Shown: positions 39,608 through 53,323, numbered from the stretch's first letter. The stretch is 64,000 nt of DNA from Octopus sinensis (GCF_006345805.1 NC_043004.1:45632001-45696000), one strand, 5' to 3'. Notes: generated from the letters alone by a model not told the origin. Program-made: numbers and translations.

Positions 39608-40498
39608 AGTCATCTTTCAAATGGGAAGAAATGTAGAGCCCATTCTCCCTGCACAGGCACTCGGATATTGTAGATGAGGGTAGAGAAGAAACTATCCTTC
39701 AAAGCAGAGCCATACTCCAAATGCTTGCAACAGACGGGACCTCCATAAAGCCATACCAAACTTCCCAGATGACAGTGTTAAAGATGGTGATAGATTACGC
39801 CTCCTAACACAACCCGAGAAAAATGCATGCTACAGAGAAAACTCAGGACGTCAAATGGAGGCAGAAATAACTGTTAAATCATTTGACCCGAAGCTCTAAT
39901 GGCGTTGCTAACTCGTACTCTAGATTAGTACCCCATTATGAATCTCCTCAAAAGGACGAAAATCAACATTGAACCCAGTGGAATTTCGATTTAGAGTACA
40001 GAGTGTCGAACGAAATTGGTGTGAAATATTCTTATCCGACGCTGTAACAACACCGCAAATTCGCCACCTTCATGAATATTTTAACTAATTAAATTACATG
40101 GGGCTATTTTTACAATTAGAGATAGTAGACTGTCGAGACTTGAACATGTAAAAATAAAATTTGAGATAAGCAAACAGTGCAACATATGTACACGAGCACT
40201 GAGTAATCTCGAATTTTCACATAGCTCGAACCTGTAATCAGGTACATCCGTGTGGGAAAAACTACGAAGCTATGGGAAATGATGGCAACATAGAAGAAAC
40301 CTGAGACAATTTTTTCATTAGGTTTCAGTATTAAATTCAGTCTCTCAGTTAAAGTGCCCTTGTTTGTGTGCTAGTGTTTGCGTGTGTGTTTCTGTGGGTG
40401 TAATCATATTTGTACGCAGACTATGTTTTCATAAACTGCGACTAAATGGAGCACATAGCCATTAGTATCATAAACCTATCCAACATATTTATATGTAA

Positions 40499-40555
<57 letters not shown>

Positions 40556-40559
40556 TATT

Positions 40560-40761
40560 ACGGAGATGTACTCGCATAGCAAGTAATTTGATCTGAGATC
40601 GTGTGCTGAAACGAAAACAATTGCAGCGTGGAAGGTGTTTATAAGCCATTTAAGAAACACACAAAAGCCGTTCGATTCACTCCAACATTTAAGTTTAATT
40701 TGTCAAAATATTTTCGTCGCTAAAATCCGCGACCTGTTCACTGACAAAGTCCGTGCTGCAT
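40560..40761 (-). mobile_element. Short (~200 bp) element inside a (TA)n tract carrying a hammerhead-type fold
   Basis: Unique sequence bounded on both sides by (TA)n. Probably Penelope terminal-repeat derived (inference). Confidence 0.65.
40699..40748 (-). ncRNA. Type I hammerhead ribozyme candidate with G3-C8 swapped core
   Basis: UUUGUCA | GUGAACA | G | GUCGC-GGAUUUUA-GCGAC | GAA | AAUAUU | U | UGACAAA. This gives a 7-bp stem I, a 5-bp stem II and a palindromic stem III. Confidence 0.65.
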
Positions 40762-40762
40762 C

Positions 40763-40833
<71 letters not shown>

Positions 40834-40844
40834 CATATATATAC

Positions 40845-40886
<42 letters not shown>

Positions 40887-40942
40887 TATATATATATTAT
40901 ATATATATATATATTATATATATATATATATTATATTATATA

Positions 40943-40995
<53 letters not shown>

Positions 40996-41014
40996 ATATA
41001 CATATATATGTATA

Positions 41015-41410
41015 GGCGCATGCGACACTGTGTGGTTAGAAGTTTGCTTTCCAACCACATGAGTTCGGGTTCAGTCCCATTGCTTTACACCTTGTGAAAG
41101 TGATTTTACAAGTAACCTAGGCCGACAAAAATCTTGTGAGTGGATTTGTTGGAAGAAAACCGTGAGAGACTCGTTGCATAAGTGCATATTTCTGCGTGAG
41201 TGACCTCGTATTTGAGTTTGTCCCCCAAAACCACTTAACAACCAGTGTTGGTTTGTTTATGTCAGTGTATCTTAATTCTCCAGCATAGAGACACATGAAA
41301 TAAATACCAGGCTTAGAGAATAAGTACTGGCGTCGATTTGTCCGACTAAGCATTTCCAGGTAGTGCCCCAGCATGGTTTCAGTCCAGTACTAAAATTAGT
41401 AAAAGATAAG
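41015..41410 (+). mobile_element. Family-A SINE, old and diverged
   Basis: GTGTGGTTAGAAGTTTGCTTTCCAACCACATGAGTTCGGGTTCAGTCCC...AATAAGTACTGG...CAGCATGG. Confidence 0.75.
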
Positions 41411-41555
41411 AGACATACATACATCTATTACATTTATAAATATATATATATATATATACTTTCAGCAAAACAATTTAGATTCAAATGAATATGGTACTTA
41501 ACTTAGATGCACCAGAATTTTTTATGGTATTACCCATAAAATTATGTGGGGTGAT

Positions 41556-41701
41556 TATAACCAAAAAATAAGCAACAAGAATGGATCCGGTAATTTAGTA
41601 CAATTGTTTCATACTATAACAATTTATTAATAAATTGTTATAGTATGAAACAATTGTACTAAATTGCCGAATCCATTCTTGTTGCTTATTTTTTGGTTAT
41701 A
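41556..41701. repeat. Spacerless 146-bp palindrome
   Basis: Arms of 73 bp centred between 41628 and 41629, with two mismatched positions. Confidence 0.95.
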
Positions 41702-42117
41702 TATATATATGTATATATATATACATACTTACACACGCATAAATCTGTGTGTGTATATGGGTACAGGACGTCACCAACAGTAAACAACATGAAATACGAA
41801 ATCAAATAAGTTAAATCCGTAAATAACGATAGAAAAAAATGGAAAGCATTTGTTGGCTGTCTATCTACTCCCGATTTCGAGTAATCAACGACAATATGAG
41901 TCTTCGAAGACAATTTCTTCCATAAATAGCATAACTTTCGATTTATGGAGGGCAAAGTTGGGAACAAACACAGGCAGTGAAAACATACAAAGAAACCGGA
42001 CGAAAACAAAATGGTTATGGGATCGGAAATACATCAACACCGGTTGCTAAGCGGTGATGGGCACGGGGGACAAGCACAGATGCCCGCACGCACACACACA
42101 TGCACGCGCGCACGCAC

Positions 42118-42168
<51 letters not shown>

Positions 42169-42602
42169 ACACACACACACGATGAGTCCTTTATACCGCG
42201 GGCTACTCATCAGACCAAGGATATCTTGAATGAATGAAAGCTTACGCTGTCGCAAAGAGATACATATTAACACATAGAAGATTCGATCAGACTGTTTACC
42301 TTATCTACTTCATTTCTTAACTGTTGTATATTTATATCTATATGGATAGGGTGTTGCCCTCTGGAGATTGCGCGTTCAATTTCCATCAGCGTCATTAGTC
42401 ACGAAGCGCAGGCGTGGTTGTGTCGTAAAAAGCGTAAAGTGGAGAAACTGTAGAATGTTTTCTGAATTTACTCAGTACACCTAATAGATTCAATTTGGAA
42501 AATACGAATAATTTTGTTGTTTTCTGTATCGGATAACTTCAACATTTCTAGGTTTCTATGCAGATCTGTTGTTGCGAAGACCAGTATATATATGATAATA
42601 TC

Positions 42603-42753
42603 TGTGTGGTAAGTAGCTTGCTTACCAACCACATGGTTCCGCGTTCAGTCCCATTGCGTGGCACCTTGGGAAAGTGTCTTCTGCTATAGCCTTGGGCCGA
42701 CCAAAGCCTTGTGAGTGGATTTGGTAGACGGAAACTGAAAGGGGCCCGTCGTA

Positions 42754-42831
<78 letters not shown>

Positions 42832-43040
42832 ATATGTTTGTGTGTCTGTGTTTGTTCCCCCAACATCGTTTGACAACCGATGCTGGCGTGTTTGCGTCCC
42901 CGTAACTTAGCGGTTCGGCAAAAGACACCGATAGAATAAGTACTGGGATTACATAAGAATAAGTCCTGGGCTCGATTTGCTCAACTAAAAGATGGTGCTC
43001 CAGCATGACCACGGTCAAATGACTGAAACAAGTAAAGAGA
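42603..43040 (+). mobile_element. Family-A SINE
   Basis: CTGTGTGGTAAGTAGCTTGCTTACC...GGTCAAATGACTGAAACAAGTAAAGAG. Confidence 0.9.
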
Positions 43041-43806
43041 GAGTAAATGAAAATTTATAGCCTGGATATAAGTACTGTAGGGTTCTCATTAGTTCTCCAT
43101 AGATATTCTGTTTTCTTAAATGTTTGATGAGGAATTCAAGCAGCTGATCTCAACAAGTGTGCATGATTCTGTTCCATGCCCCATGCAATGATATTTCGCC
43201 CATTGAGTTTACACTGAATTGTCCTGTATGATATTTGGGGGCAATTGCAACACGGTGGTCAAGAATGCGTTCCTCTATTCTGCTTAATAATTCCAATATT
43301 TCGTTTATGGATTTGTTTTGCAAGATTCTTGCTGTGTAATCGTGTGCTGAAACAAATATTGTTTCAAATTTATATGAGATGTATTTAGAACGAAGGACTA
43401 ATAACTAACCGTATTGTTGGCAGTAAGATGCAAACCAAGGTTTCTTTACGAGGAAGGCAATAGGTTGTTGATACATACATACTAATACGAACAATAGTCA
43501 GTAGCTGACTATTGATATAGAAGCATCAGAAAGAGGCATTAATTTAGTAATTCTCAGCAGCTAGTGCCAGTTAGGAGGTAATCGATTCGGACGGAGACAA
43601 ACTCAACCGAACCCGCCACTTCTATTCAACAGGATGAATACGAGGGTGATCATCGACGACGTAAAATTTAGTTTTATTTACAATTATGTACACACATGCA
43701 TATATAAATGCGTACAGACACACGCACACGCACACACACATATACACATAATCATGTATGTGTATGTGTGTGTATGTGCGTGAGTATGCGTAATTGTATT
43801 TGTATG

Positions 43807-43856
<50 letters not shown>

Positions 43857-43888
43857 GTGTATATATATAATTATATATATATATATAT

Positions 43889-43942
<54 letters not shown>

Positions 43943-44090
43943 AACGCTCTATGTATTGAACAAGCTTGAGTCATAGATCTTCGTGTCTGTTTCTCACAGT
44001 TCCGTACATGTACGCATATATACCCATTTGTATTAAGCCCATGCACATGCATACTCAGAAACATAAACACAGATACGCACATATACACAG

Positions 44091-44130
<40 letters not shown>

Positions 44131-44902
44131 CATATATATATACATATATAATAAATAGATATAGATATATACATACGTACTTACACATATATGTATATAT
44201 ATATATGTATATATATACACATATATATATAATATATATTATATATACATACATACATATATATATATGTATGTGTGTCAGTGTATATGTGCATGTTTTT
44301 ACTTGCAGGCGTATATTTGTGTGTAAGTATGTACGCACGCACGTATGTAGATATATATGCGTGGGTACACAATACAATACAAATCAAGTGTCCGGTCAGC
44401 AATAATGAAATGGAATTCAATATTACAATGGCGGTACATGTCCTTTCCAACATCGCTCTGTTTACTTAGTCATGGATCAATATGCATAAATGTTTGCACA
44501 TCACTTGTCTGAACAAGGGCAAAACAATAGGCAGGTCAGTTTATTTTTCTTTTCAGTTACATTGCTTATGATGTACACTGTGTCTATATGGCAAACCACT
44601 CTCAGTCGGCCGTTCACTTCCTTTATCTTTGCGTTTTGTTTTCTATGGTTGAGTGTCCGCATATAGAGTTTGTACAAGAGACTTTGTATTGTTGTTGCAA
44701 TTGATGTTACTCTTACTGCTGCTGTTGTCGTTGTTTTCGTTGTTGTTCTTGTTCTTGTTTTTTTTTCTTTTGAACATCATCATCATCATAGTCTACATCG
44801 CCGTTGTCATCATCCCCATCATGTTCGTTGTCGTTGTCGTCGTCGCCGCCACCACCACCACCACCACCACAACCACCACCATCATCATCATCATCATCAT
44901 CA

Positions 44903-44946
<44 letters not shown>

Positions 44947-45137
44947 CGCACTTTCTTCCTGTACTCCTTCACCTCCTCTTCTCTTTCTTTTCTTTTGATA
45001 TCATAGACTGAATACAAGATAAAGCGCTGTAATTGTAGAGAGATAGAGAAAAAATAAATGTTACCATTTCTTCTAGTGAAATATGTAAAAAAAGAGAAGA
45101 GAGAACAGTATATGATAGTGTTATGTACACACATACA

Positions 45138-45170
<33 letters not shown>

Positions 45171-45861
45171 CTATAATAAACATATGCCTTTATGTGCTAC
45201 GATTAGTTTTATGTGCTAAGAGCATGTCAAACAGTGTCCTAGAGCAATCATCGGGCACTGCCTAGATGGCATAACGAACTAAAAGTGGGACGATTGGATG
45301 AAAGAGAAAGCGAGAAAAGGCAAGAGAGAAGTAGATGTAGATGTGGAAGGTTGGAAAACCGAAAAATGAAAAAGAAATCGGAATGAAGGAAAAGGGGTTA
45401 TTAGAGTTATTTCCCCTTAGGCTGTAAAATATAAGGCTTAAAGGACAGTGGCTTATGACTGTGGTACAGCTATTTAGCTCAGAGAGGGAGGCACTTTCCA
45501 ATTACTCAACAGGAACTTAGCCTTGTACTTACGTCCGCTGAAAATTTCGGATCTAGAATTCAGCAGTGAGTTAGAGTTGTTAGATCTGAATAGGATTTGA
45601 GTTCTTTCAGCTACGCATAGCTTACAGTTTTTTGATGCGTTAACATATGGAGTAACTGTTTCGACTATTTGCTACTGTTTGGCATGCTCTCAATGCATAA
45701 ACCTAGTAGTAGCTCATAAAAACATATACTTTGTTTATTAAATAACATCTCTCTCACCAGGTGGAGTATTGTTTAGTTGATCTTACCATTACAGAACACT
45801 AACCTCATTCTCCTCCTTCTCCTGCTCCTTCCCCTCTTCCTCCTCCTCCTCTTCCCCCTCA

Positions 45862-45923
<62 letters not shown>

Positions 45924-46257
45924 TAACAACTACTACTGGTTACTGATGTATGGGTATGTGCGTGTGTGTGTGTGCGTGCGAGGGAAAGTAACAGCGTACG
46001 TTTTTAAAATTTATTTTTGCTCGCATCTTTTTTGAGTGAGTGTGTGAGTGATTGACTGCGAGAGAGAGGTGTATGTTGTCGGAAAGAGAGAGAGAAAGTG
46101 TGTGTTACTGTGTGTGCGACAGAGAGAAAAAGAGAGAGCGAGAAAGAGAGAGAGAGTGAGAGAGAGAGAGGTGTTACACTATCACACGCTCTCTCTCAGT
46201 CAATCACCCACTCAAAATAAGATGCGAGGAAAAATAAATTTTAAAAATGAACGCTTG

Positions 46258-46296
<39 letters not shown>

Positions 46297-46427
46297 CCCC
46301 ACCATTAAAATATACACACGTCCCTGTCATTTTTTCGCTTTTTCACTTTATGTTGACATCAAACGAAATGTACATTTCCAGCTCAAAAACAAATAAAATG
46401 TTTTTACGCAATTTACCGAACGCTCTT

Positions 46428-46846
46428 TTACTTTTTTTACTCTTTTACTTGTTTCAGACATTTGACTGTGGCCATGCTGGAGCATCGCCTTTAGTCGAGC
46501 AAATCGACTCCAGGACTTATTCTTTGTAAGCCTAGTACTTATTCTATCGATCTCTTTTGCCGAACTGCTAAGTTACTGGGACGTAAACACACCAGCATCG
46601 GTTGTCAAGCGATGTTGGGGAGACAAACACAGATTCACAAACATGTACACATATATACATATACATACATATATATATATACATATATACGACGGGCTCC
46701 TTTCAGTTTCCGTCTATCAAATCCACTCACAAGGCTTTAGTCGGCTCTAGGCTATAATAGAAGACAGCTGCCCAAGGTGACACGCAGTGGCACTGAACCC
46801 TGAACCATGTGATTCGTAAGCGAGCTACTTACCACACAGCCACTCA
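46428..46846 (-). mobile_element. Family-A SINE
   Basis: Full head, microsatellite and tail structure. Confidence 0.9.
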
Positions 46847-47231
46847 TACACCTCAACAGCTGATAGACCACTGACAACTCTGTGACTCAAAACAAAGAAT
46901 TGCCCTCGCTGAAATTTATCTCCTGCCATAAAAATCTTCGATAATATAATGATTCCAGAAATAAATTACTGCTTTAATCCACACCTCAAAAAACCTACCA
47001 CCTAATGAGTGGAACTCCTCAAAACACCAACTCAAATGGGATAAAGAGTACACGCATCACAACAACAATAATACCAAGTGTGTGTTTGTGTGTGTGTGTG
47101 TGCGTGTGTGTGTAGACTTACAATATATCCTATTGTTAAGAAAAAGTTTACACAATCATTCAATAAAACCCAGATAGGATAAAGAGTACACGCTTTATCC
47201 ACCTAAACAGTGCAACGGGACCCGATTAGTA

Positions 47232-48836
47232 GTCAAGTCCTTAACGGCCCACTTTATTGTTACGGGGAGCGGGAGGGGGGAATGTTTTCATTTCAATGAT
47301 GCACCTTTATCCCTCGGGGTCAGACATGCCGTTTAACTTCCTCAGATCGCAGTTTCCGGTGAGGCCATGCTTCACAATGTCCATCAACAAGTCCCAAGGC
47401 CAAACACTATTTGTGACATGCATCCATTTGGGGGAGCTGTGCGTTTCACACAGGCAACTTTATGTGGCCTACTCCCGTATGGGGAGTAGAAATGCTTTTT
47501 TTGTGTATGCTTCTCAGGGCAGAACAATGTTGTCTATAGCGAATTTTTATAGATGTTGAAAGAACAAGTCATCATTGCAGCCTATGTGGTTATAAGCAGG
47601 TGATCCGGAAGCATTGGCCGGACATATTCTTAAACTATGGCACCATGACTCATGGATTCTTCCTCTTCTTTATTGGACAATGCTGACTTTTCCGACAACA
47701 GTGTTCATTCGGCCGATATCAGCGCTTGGCCAAGTTGCTCAAAGAGTTTGGCTAGAAGGGCCAGCCCCCTCTTTTTTGTTAAAGCTGTCAGTAAGTTTTC
47801 CTAAGTTACTCCAATCCAGATCCCCAATGCAAACCATCGAATCCACCTTCTCCAATGCATATCTCTCATGCAACCATATCCAATCCAAATCTTTGAGTCA
47901 CCCTTCTTCACTGCAGATCTCCAATGTAAACCTTCGACGCATCCTTATCCAGTGCAAACCTTTGATGCAACATTTTTCAATGCATATCTTCGATGCAGCC
48001 TTGACCGATTGTACCTCTAGGACTAGATCGGGATTAGTCGCTTGCCTTTTAGAGGCTCCAGAGCCCCTTTCGCTAGGTTAGCGTAGGCTTAAGTTAAAGC
48101 TTAGTTGTGATCCGAACATGACCTGTTCTGACACAGGGGATTGAGAGCCCTTTTGGGCGTTCTATTTTCCTTGCTGGAAGGGTTCCCAACCCGTGGGACA
48201 AGGAGGGTTAGATGATGGGCTGGGGGTTTCGAAAGGGCCGGCATGTACAACCTGATCACTTCTGCCGGTCAAACTCCCAACCCAAGCGTTCCCATTGTGA
48301 CATTGATTCTGCAGAACTAGGTTGGGTGTGAAAACTAACTTTAAAGTATAAATATAGATTTTTTGAATCAGCAATGTTGTGTTCGTTGAAGTCCTATTTG
48401 GGGTGAAAAATCAATAAACTGATTCGTTATGGGGTTTTACATTCAATCAGGATGAAAAATCGATAAACCAATTCCTTATAGGATTTCCCACTAAAATTGG
48501 CTACACCCTATTCTCAACCACAGCTTTTACCAATGTTGACGTATTGTGTTCAAACTTGATGCCGGAATTACTTAGGACTCATAGGGTCTTTGAATGCTTT
48601 AAGTCCTCCGAAAATAACCCCCCCAAAAATCGGTGAGTGGAAAAATCGATATAACTTTTCCTTATGGGATTTCCCACTCACATTGTCTGCAACCCATTTT
48701 CAGGCAAACGTTTACCAATTACAATGGATTTCGCTCAAATTTGACGTCGGTGTAACTTAGTTTGGTTTGAAACAAAGCTCTTGATTAGTTTAATAATCCT
48801 AACTTAATCTCGAGCAACGCCAGGCTAAACTGCTAG
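47232..48836 (+). mobile_element. Helitron remnant: PIF1-helicase C-terminus, unrelated internal sequence, subterminal repeats and 3' CTAG end
   Basis: 47280-47520 gives [28 protein letters not shown]...[13 protein letters not shown] (cf. [21 protein letters not shown]...HGQLYVA.SRV). The 3' end is CTCGAGCAACGCCAGGCTAAACTG-CTAG|T. Three copies of GAAAAATCRATA...CCTTATRGGATTTCCC-like repeats lie at 48410-48680. That all parts belong to one element is an inference. Confidence 0.7.
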
Positions 48837-50422
48837 TCTTCAATAAAACTTAGCATTCTACGACCATTTTCCTAATGATGTTAGTTCTCTTTCACTCTTA
48901 GTTTGTAGATATTAAGCATCATTCATAATCTCTTCTCGTTCTCAAGCTCATTCTTTGACCTAAGTAAATTTTTTTCTCTTTTGCCATTTGCCATTTATGA
49001 ATATATATATTTTTCATTATTGCATTTTTGACCGTCGGAGAAAATTCGTATATCTCTCAGTTCATCATGTTTTGAGTTCAAATTTTGCTGAGGTTGGCGA
49101 CGCCTTTCGTGTTCTCAGAATCGAGAGAATTAGTACCATTTGAGCATTGGTGTCGATGTAATCCGATTTCCACTTCCCTCAGAATTGCTAGCCTTGTGCC
49201 AAATTTAGGAATCCTTAAAGTGGCTAGCTAGCAGAATCGTTAATAGGTCGTAGCAATGCTGTGCAGTATTTCTGTCAGTTCTGAGTTCAAATTCCACCGA
49301 GGTCAAATTTACCTTTCGCTCGCTCCAGGGCCGATGAAACTTAGTACAGTCTCAATCAAGTAATTCGTTATCAGGATGTACGTCACTGAACATCCCGGGA
49401 ACAAACTTTGCACAAATTGTGCTTAAAGGAAAAGCTTCGTGTTTTATAATTTCTTTAACACTCCGATAATTCTTCTGAACCGGAACAAAATCGGGCGTTA
49501 TTGTTCAACGTCTCGAAGTAAGGGTATCATGTTTCCATGGTTTGTAAAGTAAGGTACTATCGATAAAAAAAAATCATTATACAAGAAGATATCACAAGAT
49601 ATGATAATGCAGACACATTTTCACTGCTTCAGCCTTTCTTTCTGACTTTCAGTTTTATATTTCAAGGAAAGGAAATGGGAATTTAATTGACTTTATTACC
49701 AATTTTTATAGCAACTGGAAATGCAAAAAGCAAAGTGGAAACGGAGAGATGTAAACTCAGAAGGAAAAATGAACTGCAAAATGCATTAAAACATTTCTGC
49801 CAGCCGACCCCTAATTTCCATTTTACGCTCGTCCCTATGATAATAATTATGTTTTAGAAGCTAGACATAAGGTTACACCTTTAAGAAATGTGGAGATTCT
49901 ACGTTATTGCACACCGATAAAACCTAGGATGCAGATAATAGCAAGAAAAAAAAGTAAGTAAAGCAGAGTTATAGGATTTTGGCAAAATGCGAAATCCATT
50001 TACCATTCCAATTACAAGTGGCACCTCGGGTATGGTTGCTCCCACAAAGTTATGAGATAACAATTAAAAAGAAATGTAAGTATATATATATATATATATA
50101 TGTAATAACAAAATAATAAATAAAACATATGCATATATACATACATATATGTACGTACCTACAACTATATGTATATATACATGCATATATAGGTACAGGA
50201 CACCAAAAAAAAAAAAACCTCGAACACAATGTGAAACGAAAACATAAAAACAGAACCATGGAAACGGACATCTTTTTAAACAACGAAAAAACAGGGTACG
50301 AGACATACAACACAAGGGAAAATCCCCTTTTTCAGCTGCCTCCGTTTCGTCTACTCCGCGTTTCGAAGGCAAAGGCGAGACACGACTTCGGTGAATGTAT
50401 GTATGTATGTATGTATGCATAA

Positions 50423-50459
<37 letters not shown>

Positions 50460-51900
50460 GAGAGAGATAGATAGATAGACAAACAGATAGATAGATATAC
50501 ATATATATAAGAAATAATGAGAAAGGATAGAAATGTGTTAAATGTTAATACATATATCTTTAGTTTAAATAAAATAAGTTTTACATTTAGACAAAATTGG
50601 TGAATGGCTTTTTACTTGTATTCCTATATATGAAAGTAAAAAATAAAAATATATTTACACTTAACAAATGTTTTACTATAACAGTTTTACCGAATATATA
50701 TTAGTGTATGTTTTCACAAGGTGAGTTAGATGAATGTAATTTCTGTGAAAGCTACTTTTCGTAATTGAATTACATGCATCTGAAGAAATCAACGAATTTT
50801 CTGCCGTGTAATTTCTACTGCCCAATCCACAGACTTGGATGTAGATAATATAAGAAAAAATATATAATGTCGCTTTGAAACAAGCTAAATACGTGTGCTT
50901 TGCCAAAGACAATGGTCACCTCGACGCTGGTTACTCACACGAAGTTGTTTTACACAACAGTAACGATGAAACAAGAGATAATGGAAGAAATGGAAATTAT
51001 AGCAGACGAACAGGTAACACATGTTTAAAATTAGCTTCCCATAATGCAACTGCTTCCAATTAACATAAAATTGAAGCAGAGTACAAACGCGTTGTTTATA
51101 CAAATTTGTTCTTTCAAGATACAATCAACAAATCCATACAGTAGTAATTTACAATCACGGGCAATAAAAAAAAACGAAGACAAATACAACTTTTGTTTGG
51201 TTGAAGAAGAAAAAAAGAAAACAACAGAAAAACAACAATGTTAAAAAAAAGCCAGAAACTTTATAAAGAAAAAAACAACCCAGCAATAATAATGACTGGT
51301 ATTTGCTGAAGTCATCAAGATTGACAAAGTGATAATTGTGTTAGAGCTAAATACCAGAATTTGAGGAGACTAATGGTGATGTGCTTTGGTAAAAATCAGT
51401 TTAATAAAGAGAACAAAAGTCTTCGGAGAGGCTATAGAATTGTCTTCTGCTCACACAGCAAGGTAACACACATTACGTTTAATTTAATTTCATTCTATTT
51501 TTACAGGTATTCTCTTTTTATTATTTACAAGATTGTATAAATCAACTTTGATTAACCGGTTGCAAATATTGCAAATGAAGACCTGCTCACCCGCAAACCA
51601 CACACGAATGTTTGGGCGTCGTCGCTAACAAACAACGTAGATTGTAACAGATCATGAGACCAAAATATCCCACAAACAACAACAGGAACAACAAAACCGT
51701 ATACAAGAAAACAGTAACACTATCCATTCAAAAGTATGAAAGAAAGCCCAATGTCTGCCCTGTCTCCAGGTTAAACTTTTTTCTATAGCAGGCATTTTGA
51801 AGTTCTATTTAAATATAGAGAGTTTATATTTACTGCAAATTTAAGAGAGAACACACGAGGGATAACATAAGAATAATGAGTTCGAATCTCACAGGAATAT

Positions 51901-52165
51901 TGTTGTTTTTTTGTTGTTGTTCCTTCTCGAGTCATGCCTGGCTCATAAGGGCCGGTTTCCCGGTTTCTTGGCGTATAGGCTCCCCACCTGGACGGGACGC
52001 CGGTCCATCGCAGGTGAGCTGCAAGATGCGGGAGGAAAGAGAGAGAGAAAGTTGTGGCGAAAGAGTCAGCAGAAGTTTCGCCATTACCTTCTGCCGGAGA
52101 TTCGAACCCGCTATCCCTCGACCGCGAGTCCGCTGCTCTAACCACTAGGCCATGTGCCTCCACAT
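51901..52165 (-). mobile_element. Family-C-head SINE with a distinct 3' tail, 12-bp TSD
   Basis: Head GTGGAGGCACATGGCCTAGTGGTTAGAGCAGCGGACTCGCGG and tail GCGATGGACCGGCGTCCCGTCCAGG...(AAC)n. TSD TCACAGGAATAT at 51889-51900 and 52166-52177. Confidence 0.9.
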
Positions 52166-52851
52166 TCACAGGAATATATAGTAGCTGGTCTAGTGATTGC
52201 ACCATCTTCCCACATGATTGTCGTCTCTTCGTGTTCCTTCATTGTCATTAATATTCCTGACTTTCCATCTATGACCTTTCCGATGATGCTCACTCTCATT
52301 AAAGATCTGCATAGTTTGAATCATTAGTAACTGACAAAACTTACTCTGCCCTCCAAACTGTGCCTCACTATGGCACAGGACTTCCAGTAGTGATAGATGC
52401 GTGTACAAAACTATTACCACTCACTAAATTTCCGTGATTAGTGCATAGTGAGATTCCGAAGTGAGTGACCAGTAAGCATGGAAAACTGTGGACCTTACAC
52501 CAATGTCCAACTCCTACAAGGCTACTGTAACAACAACTAGGAGTGCTTTACTTTGACGGGTTTTGTTTTCCATCCCGCAGGGTGTCCAATAAACACCCTC
52601 CTCGCCAAGCAAGCTTGGTGGGGTTGCCAGTTTAGTCACCGACGGCCCGACCATGCAACAGGTTGTACTCGGTTACATGTTACCGTACATACATACATGC
52701 ATGCATACATACATACATAGATGCATACATACATGTACACACACACTCACGAAAAAAAACCCCAGAAATGGCTCCTCTGATAATTATTGCACTGTAATGA
52801 CTTCATGTTTGTAAGCTAATAGGTGTTTACAAGTGTTTGTGTTTGTGTGTG

Positions 52852-52940
<89 letters not shown>

Positions 52941-52944
52941 TATA

Positions 52945-53185
52945 TTGTTTTTGAAAGGAAAGCGTTTCCCAGATGATGCAGCCTTGATTTCTGAAGTCAC
53001 GTCGTGGTTGTAGGACCAAGCTGGGGTCTTCTACAAAAACGGTCTTCAGAGCTGCATCAAACAATGGGAGAAATGCGTAACTCTGGGTGGTTCCTATGTA
53101 GAACAAGACTAATAAATGTGCCAAGTTTCGTTGCTCTACTTCTATGGGAAGTAGGTCAGGAGCATTACTTATTGAACGCCCCTCG
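52945..53185 (+). mobile_element. Mariner transposase C-terminal remnant plus right TIR
   Basis: LKGKRFPDDAALISEVTSWL*DQAGVFYKNGLQSCIKQWEKCVTLGGSYVE, then ATTACTTATTGAACGCCCCTCG|TA. Confidence 0.85.
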
Positions 53186-53323
53186 TATATATACATACAT
53201 ACATATATATGCATATATATATACATACATACATACATACATACATACATACATACAAACATACATACATACATACAAACATACACATATATGCTTTCTT
53301 CATAAAGCTGCAAAGACATCACA

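Noticed and set aside
45533-45585. Minus-strand GTAAGT donor with a 53-nt or 5-nt exon candidate
   Set aside because: It rests on splice motifs only, and the peptide is uninformative.
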